DNA of 64,000 nucleotides from Spirochaetia bacterium (GTDB lineage: Bacteria; Spirochaetota; Spirochaetia; SZUA-6; Bin103). How positions within the stretch are numbered: position 1 is the first letter of the stretch; each line of letters starts with the position of its first letter. A program made the translations under genes and the position numbers. The stretch is from positions 2,785,639-2,849,638 of the forward strand of contig OZ251575.1 of NCBI GenBank assembly GCA_965243555.1, written 5' to 3'. The notes beneath the pieces are model-generated. The model was not told the DNA's origin. It did no database searches and saw only the letters and a program-made list of their open reading frames with translations. Positions 17,625 through 25,041 of this stretch are shown in pieces.

Positions 17625-18574
17625 TCACGGCATGCGACATCTTCTGCGGCGCCGGCGGTAGCAGCGCCGGAGCGCGGGCAGCAGGCATCACGATCGTAGC
17701 CGGCATCGACATGTGCCCGACCGCGACGGCAACCTTCGCTGCGAACTTTCCCGAAGCCCATGTCGTTACGAGTCGGCTTGAAGATGTTGACACCGACGAA
17801 TTCAGCATCCGGGTGGGAAAGATTGACCTTCTCCTGGCATCGCCGGAGTGCCGGAACCACACCTGCGCCAGAGGCGCCGCGCCGCGAGACGAGTCCAGCC
17901 GTGCCACGGCGATGCAGGTCGTCGAGTATGCCCGTGCGCTCAGCCCGCGATGGGTCATTCTCGAGAATGTCATCTACATGCGCCCGTGGTCGCGGTACGG
18001 CGAGCTGAAGCGAAAGCTGAACGACCTTGGGTACCTCCTTGAAGAGCGCACGCTCGACGCTTCAGACTTCGGCGTGGCGCAAGCGCGGCGGCGGTTGTTT
18101 CTCATCGGCGATCGTGAACGGTCGCCCAACGTGACGCTTCACGGACGCCCCGGCAGGCGCAAGCCCGCCAAATCCATTCTCGATGCCACCGGAACCTGGA
18201 AGACCACGCCCCTGTTCAAGCCGAAACGCGCGCCCGCTACGATCGAGCGGGCCAAGCGCGGATTCGCCGCTCTCGGCGGGCGGTCCAGCTTCCTGCTGGT
18301 CTACTACGGCAGCGACGGCAGCGGGGGATGGCAGCCGCTTGACCGTCCCCTGCGCACCATCACCACGCTGGACCGATTCGCACTCGTGGAGCACAACGGC
18401 AAGACGTGGACCATCCGTATGTTGCAGGTGCCCGAGCTCAGGCGCGCCATGGGGTTCGGCGATCGCTTCGAACTGCCCGCCGGCACGCGCCGCGACCGAA
18501 TCCGGCTTCTTGGCAACGGTGTCTGCCCTCCGGTGATGGAAGCGGTGGTCCGATCATTGATTTCCAAGGGATAA
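17621..18574 (+). CDS. DNA (cytosine-5)-methyltransferase
   Basis: GTG start overlapping the vsr stop (GTGA). Motif I 'DIFCGAGG', motif IV region 'LLASPEC' (atypical PEC instead of PCQ), motif VI 'ILENVIYM', motif VIII 'QARRRLFLIG', motif IX/X 'LRRAMGFGDRFELPA...LLGNGVCPPVMEAV'. Confidence 0.88.
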   Translation: MITACDIFCGAGGSSAGARAAGITIVAGIDMCPTATATFAANFPEAHVVTSRLEDVDTDEFSIRVGKIDLLLASPECRNHTCARGAAPRDESSRATAMQVVEYARALSPRWVILENVIYMRPWSRYGELKRKLNDLGYLLEERTLDASDFGVAQARRRLFLIGDRERSPNVTLHGRPGRRKPAKSILDATGTWKTTPLFKPKRAPATIERAKRGFAALGGRSSFLLVYYGSDGSGGWQPLDRPLRTITTLDRFALVEHNGKTWTIRMLQVPELRRAMGFGDRFELPAGTRRDRIRLLGNGVCPPVMEAVVRSLISKG

Positions 18575-18589
18575 CGGCGAACCGCCGAA

Positions 18590-19171
18590 CTACGGCTCAA
18601 TGGTGAGAGCGCGTGGATCGATGCTGACCCGATCCGGGAATACCACGAGGTTGGGCAGCACCGGGTTGCGGGCAGAAGGCGTGAGGAACCCCTGGCAACT
18701 GGTCCGGTGGTGGTATAGCGCTTCGCCGAGTTGCTGGGTCGGTGCCGGGCCGCTTGATGCTACCGCCGATGCAACCGTACGACTATCGTAGTCGAACCAG
18801 TCGCCGGTGAGCTCCTGGACAGTCGTCGTGACCGTAGAACGTCCACCACAGATTCGGAAGTCCGCAACCCGATCCAGACGCACGGTGACTCCGACCACGG
18901 ACCAACCGCACGGAACCCGCCGAACGGGTCCACGTCGGGGATGTCCCAGCAGGCAGCCTACTTCAAGCAACGCACTAAACCGGTCCGGCGCCAGATACAG
19001 CAGAGGATAGCGGCCATCTTCTCGTTTGAATCTGGTAGTACTGCTCAACGTGTGCTGCCATGCCAGCGGATACCGGGCATACTTGCGAGGAACGGCCCGA
19101 TACCACTGCGTCTTCCCGTATCCGCCTCCCGGCAACGCGCGGAGTGGCAGCTTTCCGACAGCGCAAGTCAT
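18590..19171 (-). CDS. RES-domain toxin (MbcT/Res-like NAD+-degrading toxin family)
   Basis: 193 aa. 'QWYRAV...TTRFKREDGRYPLLYLAPDRFSALLEV' parallels the RES core of MbcT 'YRY...GEGARRFGGRWNPPLLFPAIYLADSAQACMVEV' (R, E and S positions conserved). The start codon overlaps the upstream gene's stop (ATGA). Confidence 0.8.
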   Translation of the reverse strand: MTCAVGKLPLRALPGGGYGKTQWYRAVPRKYARYPLAWQHTLSSTTRFKREDGRYPLLYLAPDRFSALLEVGCLLGHPRRGPVRRVPCGWSVVGVTVRLDRVADFRICGGRSTVTTTVQELTGDWFDYDSRTVASAVASSGPAPTQQLGEALYHHRTSCQGFLTPSARNPVLPNLVVFPDRVSIDPRALTIEP

Positions 19172-20169
19172 GAGAAAGACCCATCATCGAGCGAATCGAG
19201 GAAACTCGAAATTTTCCGCAGCCGCGTTGCGTCGACTTCCCGGGCACGAAAAAACCGTCCGGGAGTATCATCTTCGAACATTGGGTTCGGAACGTCCAGC
19301 CACTGCTCGAAACTCTGCAGACGTCGTACGAATGGATCGAAACCCGGCATTTCCCGGAATCGTATTTCCAGACGACGCCGTACGATTTCCCGCACGGCCA
19401 GGGGGTGGCTGAGCGCCCTGGAAGTAGCGATCGCGTTCACGAGACGGTCGATAAGAAACAGCATGCCTACGTCGCCGCTGTCCAGCATTTGTCGCGGCGT
19501 CTGTCCGAAGTCGGTCAGATCGGCGTCCATCCAGTCACTCAGGGACGAGCTGCGCGACGGAAACCCAGGCGGCACGTCGTCAGTGCACGGCGTTTCGGCC
19601 GCGGCGAACAACCGGCGCAGGCGCCCGATGATTTCCTCCCGAGTGGGACGGTAGGGCTCCACCAACTCCGGATCGGCTTCCGGTTCGAAGAGAGCGGCAG
19701 CTTCGGGGAGCGTCGCAATCCGGGCGGCTATGTCCTCCATCAGCGCCGCTTCATCCCGGATGCCGCCGGCTTCGTCCAGATAGTCCGCCTTGGGCAGCGG
19801 CACAACGGTGGACGGCCTCGCCACCCCGTGATGGAGACGATCGGTAAGAAACTTGTAGAGTCCCGGAGCCTGATCCTGATACAGAGTCCATAACAGGATC
19901 AGATACGGCAGGGCCGGCTTGATCCTCCCTTCCAGCAATGCCCCGATCGTGCTGAAGTCGGTGCTATGATCACCGGCGATCGCCCCGCCACCAAGATGGA
20001 GATCGGCAAAGATCACTCGCACGTCCGGGCACGGTTCAATGTTCGCCATGTCCTCCGTAAAGGGAATCTGAAGGCAAGGCACGCCGCGGCGATTGAGACT
20101 GTTGGCCAAGGCCGCCAGATGATCCGGCTCGTCGTCAATGGCTATGACTTGCGGGGATCTCAGCATCAC
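19168..20169 (-). CDS. Response-regulator receiver (REC) domain fused to an MbcA/ParS/Xre-antitoxin-type (DUF2384-like) C-terminal domain
   Basis: 333 aa. N-terminus 'VIAIDDEPD...VRVIFADLHLGGG...LILLWT...YKFL' carries the REC acidic pocket, the phospho-acceptor Asp, and the conserved T and K. C-terminus '...TPRQMLDSG...QWLDVPNPMFEDDTPGRF...ISSFLDSLDDGSF' aligns with the MbcA toxin-binding motif 'VWMFSPNRLLEHRKPADL...ALIDAMAEGVF'. No HTH is evident. ATGA overlaps on both sides. Confidence 0.75.
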   Translation of the reverse strand: MMLRSPQVIAIDDEPDHLAALANSLNRRGVPCLQIPFTEDMANIEPCPDVRVIFADLHLGGGAIAGDHSTDFSTIGALLEGRIKPALPYLILLWTLYQDQAPGLYKFLTDRLHHGVARPSTVVPLPKADYLDEAGGIRDEAALMEDIAARIATLPEAAALFEPEADPELVEPYRPTREEIIGRLRRLFAAAETPCTDDVPPGFPSRSSSLSDWMDADLTDFGQTPRQMLDSGDVGMLFLIDRLVNAIATSRALSHPLAVREIVRRRLEIRFREMPGFDPFVRRLQSFEQWLDVPNPMFEDDTPGRFFRAREVDATRLRKISSFLDSLDDGSFS

Positions 20170-22349
20170 CTCTCTTCCTTGAATATCATGGCGACCACCG
20201 CCCCGTCGAACTCATCGGGCAGATCGACTTCGCCCTGCTGCGGAAAGGCTAGTCGGCCGTCGTTCAGCTCCATCGCCAGATTGGCATAGTACAGGCCAAG
20301 GCCCATGCCGTCCGGCTTGCGGGTGAAAAACGGCCGAACGAAGTGTTCGGGAACGTCGTCGGCGAATCCCGGGCCGTTGTCGGCAACGACGATTGCCGGA
20401 CCGCCATCGAAGTCCCTCCACGTGCCCACGAACAGGCGGCGTTCGGAACCGTCGCCGTCCCCAGCGGCCTCCGGCCACCTTACCCGCAGCCAATAGATCG
20501 CGTTGTCGATCAGGTTGTTCAATGCCCCTAGCACCAATCCGAACGAAAAACTGGACTCGAAACCGGCGCCGTCGTCAAGCAGCGGGCAGACCAGCCCGAC
20601 GCGATGGTAGCGCAGCCGCAGTAGATTGAATTGCCGGGCCGCGGCGACGAGCTTGCGGGCGCCGTGTTTGCGCTTACTGTCCCGTCGGAGCAACGTGGAA
20701 AAGCCGCCAAGGACCCGCATGAGTTCCTGGGCCTGCCGCGCGGCCCCTGCCAAGTCCTTGCCTTCCACGATTACCTGATGCAACGCGCGAACGCCCCGTT
20801 CTACCTCATGGAACACGACGGCGAGGTTGAGGCCGGACATCCCGGCCGCAAGCAGGGTATCCTGCATGTTCGTATAGTCCCGCTCGATTCTCGCGACGTA
20901 TGGTTCGAAAGTATCGGCTTGGCCCTCCCGGTCAAGCGCCTTTCTCAACTCCGCGACCGGCTTTTCAATTCGGGATACCGTGGGGCCGCCCGGACTCGCA
21001 GCAAGCTGTCGGAGCCGTTCCTTGTCGAACTGGCGTTCTTCCTCCAGCGCCCCGAGCGCCCCGAGAACAATCTGGCGCAGACGCCGGCATGCGTCGTTTT
21101 CGACAAAGCCTTCGCGATTGGTCTTCTCCACGAGCTCGACCGACGACTGCAGCGACAGATGAACCGCCCCCAGGACGATGTTCCGGCTGATCCGACGGGT
21201 CGGGATGTTCACGCGCCGGAGGTCGAGGCCGAGCCAATCGTCGCCCTCCTCCCCGTAGTTGTACACGCGGATGCCGTCGCGGTAAACGCGAACCCCACCG
21301 TACTCATCAAGATACTCGGTCAGCAGTCGCGTATCCCCCAGACGCTGCAGCACCTCCCGGTCGCGGTCGAACACGTGAAACTCGCCGGACACGCGACCGA
21401 TTCCCTGTGTCGTTCCGGCATCGGCGAGCACTTTCCGCGTCCTTCTCCCGTCATCGGAGCTCGGGGGAAGTTTCAGGCTTACGCCGACCTTCTCGACTGT
21501 TCTTCCGTCCAGCTTGAATCCTGGGACCTTCCTGAACTCATAGCGCCAGTCGAAGCATCCCTCGTCATCCAGCCGGAACGAGAACTTCCAGGACGCTCGA
21601 TCGACCAGGGCGGCAAAGTCAGGCAGGTCTGATATCCAGTGTTCGTACCCGGGAACCTCAAGAGTAGCCCGGAAGCGTCCCGGTTCCTCGAATGGCGAGC
21701 AGATCGAGGTAATCTGATTGTGCAGCCGCCGCACTTCGCGCCGCGACCACACCGGAGGCCGCAGTTCACGGACCTCGATCCGCGTTCCGGTCGCGCCCTC
21801 GGAGAACACCTCGGGCTTGCGAAACCCTATCCGCACGGGCGCTTCGTCCAGGAACGGCTTATCGATCAGTTCATTCCAATCGATTTCCACCACGCATTCA
21901 TCGGCATCTCGGGCGCGTGTCGTCAGCCGTATGTAGTTTCCCAGTTTGTGAACGGCGAACCTCCCCAGCCCTTTTTCGCCAAGAGGAAGTCGATTATACC
22001 TCGGAGAACGGCGACGCTCCGCCCGTTGCCTGCTACGGTGATCATCACCCGGCGCCAGCCACACCGAACGCAGCAAGTCCAGGGTCATGCCTTCGCCATC
22101 GTCGGTAATCGTGATCGCCGGCTCGCGTGCTGGAAGGTCGAACCCCGCAAGGTCCGGTTGATCGCCCGCGTCGGGTTCGTCCTGCGCGCCGACGTCGATC
22201 CGGATCACTGCCTCGTTGGCGTCCGCGTCGTAGGCGTTCTTGACCAACTCGAAGACCGCCAGCCGCGGACTGCCGATCAGTTCGTCGCCAAGCAACTGAA
22301 GCACTCTGGCCCGGGGCCGGAATGGCTGACTGACTTCTCCGAGCGTCAC
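20166..22349 (-). CDS. Histidine-kinase-like protein with two GHKL ATPase domains (N-terminal HATPase_c_3/MORC-like, central putative H-box, C-terminal HATPase_c)
   Basis: 727 aa. N-terminal Bergerat motifs 'ELVKNAYDADA' (N-box), 'ITDDGEGM' (G1), 'GEKGLGRFA' (G2). Central 'VVFHEVERGVRAL' resembles a HisKA H-box (candidate phospho-His). C-terminal 'LIDNAIYW' (N), 'VADNGPGF' (G1), 'GMGLGLYYANLA' (G2). No TM segments. The stop overlaps the REC gene start. Confidence 0.8.
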   Translation of the reverse strand: MTLGEVSQPFRPRARVLQLLGDELIGSPRLAVFELVKNAYDADANEAVIRIDVGAQDEPDAGDQPDLAGFDLPAREPAITITDDGEGMTLDLLRSVWLAPGDDHRSRQRAERRRSPRYNRLPLGEKGLGRFAVHKLGNYIRLTTRARDADECVVEIDWNELIDKPFLDEAPVRIGFRKPEVFSEGATGTRIEVRELRPPVWSRREVRRLHNQITSICSPFEEPGRFRATLEVPGYEHWISDLPDFAALVDRASWKFSFRLDDEGCFDWRYEFRKVPGFKLDGRTVEKVGVSLKLPPSSDDGRRTRKVLADAGTTQGIGRVSGEFHVFDRDREVLQRLGDTRLLTEYLDEYGGVRVYRDGIRVYNYGEEGDDWLGLDLRRVNIPTRRISRNIVLGAVHLSLQSSVELVEKTNREGFVENDACRRLRQIVLGALGALEEERQFDKERLRQLAASPGGPTVSRIEKPVAELRKALDREGQADTFEPYVARIERDYTNMQDTLLAAGMSGLNLAVVFHEVERGVRALHQVIVEGKDLAGAARQAQELMRVLGGFSTLLRRDSKRKHGARKLVAAARQFNLLRLRYHRVGLVCPLLDDGAGFESSFSFGLVLGALNNLIDNAIYWLRVRWPEAAGDGDGSERRLFVGTWRDFDGGPAIVVADNGPGFADDVPEHFVRPFFTRKPDGMGLGLYYANLAMELNDGRLAFPQQGEVDLPDEFDGAVVAMIFKEER

Positions 22350-22429
22350 CGGATCATGCTACCATACGCGCGCCAATTGAGAACCGATCTGTCGGCGCTC
22401 GTCGCCTTGGCATCCGTCCGAGAGCGGCA

Positions 22430-22822
22430 TCACTCCTTGAGCAGCGGCGCCGCCCGGCGCACGATCTGGAACGCCACGCCCCACGGGTCGCGCATGAACA
22501 ACAGGACGTCGCCCGCCGGGTTGTGGACCGGGTCGCCGTCCACCGTCGCGCCGGCCGCCACCAGACGGTCGCGGTCCGCGTCCAGGTCGTCGGTCAGGAA
22601 CGCCAGGTGCACCTGATAGCGGTCGCGCTCGCTCCACTGCGGCGGCGCCGGCTCCTTCCAGGTGTACAGCTCCAGCATGCTGCGCCCGGCGGAGTCGGCG
22701 ACGAAGGTGGCGCGCGGCGGGGCGTCGCCGGCGCTGACGATCTGCATGCCGAGATGCTCGACGTACCACGCCGCCATGGCGCGCACGTCGGGCACGTTGA
22801 GGGCAATGTGCTCCAATCTCAT
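22430..22822 (-). CDS. VOC family protein (glyoxalase/bleomycin-resistance/dioxygenase fold)
   Basis: 130 aa. 'MRLEHIALNVPDVRAMAAWYVEHLGM' is typical of the glyoxalase-I-like N-terminus. The flank is back at ~70% GC. Confidence 0.75.
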   Translation of the reverse strand: MRLEHIALNVPDVRAMAAWYVEHLGMQIVSAGDAPPRATFVADSAGRSMLELYTWKEPAPPQWSERDRYQVHLAFLTDDLDADRDRLVAAGATVDGDPVHNPAGDVLLFMRDPWGVAFQIVRRAAPLLKE

Positions 22823-22897
22823 GCCCCCTACGCTACCCCACCCGCGCCCTGCCCCGCCAGCCCTCTCCGGCAGGCAAAGCGGCGGCGGAGGAGGGGG

Positions 22898-24103
22898 TTA
22901 GAGGGTGCGGGCTTCGAGCCAGTCGGGGGTGACTTCGATGCCGAAGCCGGGGGCATCGCTGGGGATCAGGTAGCCGTCGCGGATCACCGGGGTGCCGGGC
23001 AGGCACACCATTTCCTCGAGTGGCACGCCGGGGGGCGCCGCGGCCTCGGAGCGCTCGCCCCAGGTTACCGCGGGCATGGCGAACGAGAGGTGCTGGCCGA
23101 ACGGGGTGTTCATGCCGGCGTGGGCGATGACGGAGAGGCCGGCGGCGTCGGCGAGGTGGCAGATGCGCACCGCGTTGCTCAGCCCCCCGCACCACTGCAG
23201 GTCGGGCTGCAGGATGTCCACCAGCCGCCGCTCCACCGCGCCGGCGAAGCTGCCCACTCCGTGCCAGTGCTCGCCGGAGGCAAGCGTTACCCCCGGCAGG
23301 CGGCGGCGCACCGCGGCGTAGCCCTCCGGGTCGTCCGCGGGCAGAAAATCCTCCAGCCACTTGATGCGGTAGGGCCGCAACGCCTCCCCCAGGCGCACCG
23401 CGTACTCCACGTCCAGGGAGAGCCAGCCATCCACCGCCAGCTCCACGTCGTCCCCCACCAGCTCGCGGGCGCGCGCCACCCGCTCCTCGGTGCGGCGCAG
23501 GCCGGGCAAGCCCTGTTCCGGCCCCTCGGTAAGGAAGATCTTTACCGCCCGGAAGCCCAGCTCCAGGAACCACTCCAGGCTGGGTTCCATGCCGTAGGTG
23601 AGGTCGGTGTTGCTGGCGTAACAGAAGATGCGTTCCTTCTGCGGACCGCCGAGCAACTCGTACACCGGGCGCCGCAGCAGCTTGCCCTTGAGGTCCCACA
23701 GCGCCAGGTCGATCGCGCTCATGGCGTAGCTGGCGAGGCCGGCGACGCCGAACTGGGACGCCGCGCGCCGCATCAGGTCCCACGCCTTCTCGGTGGCGGT
23801 GACCGGCTGGCCCACCAGCAGCGGCGCGAAGTGGTCGTTGATGAGCGCCGTCACCGGCGCGCCGTGCAGGGTCAGGCCCAGTCCGCAGGTGCCGTCCTCG
23901 GCAGTGGCCACGCACGCCACGCGCGGCCAACTGCTGGCCTGGCCGCCCTTCCCCACCTTCCCCCGCGGCGCACGGGGGTAGCGGTCCAGGGGGTGGTTGA
24001 AGCGGCGCGGTCCGCCGCCGGCGTCGACCGCGGCCACGCGCGGCGGGGTGGTGGGGCGCACCGCCAAGTCGACGCCGGCGGCGCGGATCTGCTTGATGCG
24101 CAT
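22898..24103 (-). CDS. Enolase-superfamily enzyme (mandelate racemase/muconate lactonizing family); L-rhamnonate dehydratase-like
   Basis: About 401 aa from the internal ATG 'MRIKQIRAAG'. MR/MLE metal-binding region '...DGW...LEDFLPADD...'. The window also holds a rhamnosidase, RhaM and an HpcH aldolase, suggesting RhmD. The 504-aa track ORF is an upstream extension. Confidence 0.75.
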   Translation of the reverse strand: MRIKQIRAAGVDLAVRPTTPPRVAAVDAGGGPRRFNHPLDRYPRAPRGKVGKGGQASSWPRVACVATAEDGTCGLGLTLHGAPVTALINDHFAPLLVGQPVTATEKAWDLMRRAASQFGVAGLASYAMSAIDLALWDLKGKLLRRPVYELLGGPQKERIFCYASNTDLTYGMEPSLEWFLELGFRAVKIFLTEGPEQGLPGLRRTEERVARARELVGDDVELAVDGWLSLDVEYAVRLGEALRPYRIKWLEDFLPADDPEGYAAVRRRLPGVTLASGEHWHGVGSFAGAVERRLVDILQPDLQWCGGLSNAVRICHLADAAGLSVIAHAGMNTPFGQHLSFAMPAVTWGERSEAAAPPGVPLEEMVCLPGTPVIRDGYLIPSDAPGFGIEVTPDWLEARTL

Positions 24104-24114
24104 CGGCACGGCGG

Positions 24115-25041
24115 CTACTCCTCGGGCGGCCCGGCGGTGGTGAATGCCTCCAAAAAGTCGTTCACCATCCACACGAACAGCAGGAACGGGTAGTCGGAGG
24201 CGGAGGAGGTCGCCGGATAGCTGTTGCCGTCGCGGGCGAACACGGTCAGCGTGTGCGCGTCGCCGGCCTCGGTGTTCAACGTCAGCTCGAGCACCTCGCT
24301 GCCCGGCGCCGGCGCGGCCTCGGCAAAGCGGAAGGTGCTGAGGTTGGCGAGGCGCTGCAGGGCCGCGTTGACCTTGGCGGTATCCCATTCCCCGCCGCCG
24401 GTGGTCATCCATTCGGCGGCCGCGTCCTCCTCCGGCGAAGGGCGCTTGAGCAGCACCAGTTCCTCGCCGGGGCTGCGCGCCGTAATCACGCCCACCGTCT
24501 CCGCGTTCACGGTCAGCACCAGCTTGTCGCGCAGCACGTCGGCCACCAGCGGGAAGTAGTTGCCCAGGTCTCCCGCCGCCTGATACACGCGGCGGTCACC
24601 TTCCAGCTTGACGTAGGTGTGCTGATAGGTGCGCGCCTCCTTGCCGATTTCGATGGTGCGCAGCACCTCGTCGCCGCGGTAGGCGGTGACCCGCAACGCC
24701 GACTCGGGATCCAGCTCGAAGCGGCTGTAAGCGGCGTACTCCGACACCAAGTCGGTAACCCGGATGCCGGCCAGCATCTGCACCATCGTATCCACCTGCT
24801 GCGCGGCCGCGGGGAATTCCTCGGGTTCCAGTACCCAGCCGTCGTCCGCGCGCCGTACCGTCAGGCTGCGCTCGCCCTTGGCCACCTCGACGCGGTCCAC
24901 CTCCGCCGCCGCCAGCTCGGCAAGCTGCGGCAGTTCGTAGAGCAGCCGGTCGCGGTTGCGCAGCCCCAGGTAGAGCAGCAACCCGACGATGATGAGCACC
25001 GGCAGCAGGTAGCGGGTCAGCAACCGTTGCAGGGTCATCAC
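24115..25041 (-). CDS. DUF4340-domain protein (GldG-associated)
   Basis: 308 aa with one N-terminal TM segment. Last gene of the ABC operon, with an ATGA overlap to the GldG-like gene. Confidence 0.55.
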   Translation of the reverse strand: MMTLQRLLTRYLLPVLIIVGLLLYLGLRNRDRLLYELPQLAELAAAEVDRVEVAKGERSLTVRRADDGWVLEPEEFPAAAQQVDTMVQMLAGIRVTDLVSEYAAYSRFELDPESALRVTAYRGDEVLRTIEIGKEARTYQHTYVKLEGDRRVYQAAGDLGNYFPLVADVLRDKLVLTVNAETVGVITARSPGEELVLLKRPSPEEDAAAEWMTTGGGEWDTAKVNAALQRLANLSTFRFAEAAPAPGSEVLELTLNTEAGDAHTLTVFARDGNSYPATSSASDYPFLLFVWMVNDFLEAFTTAGPPEE

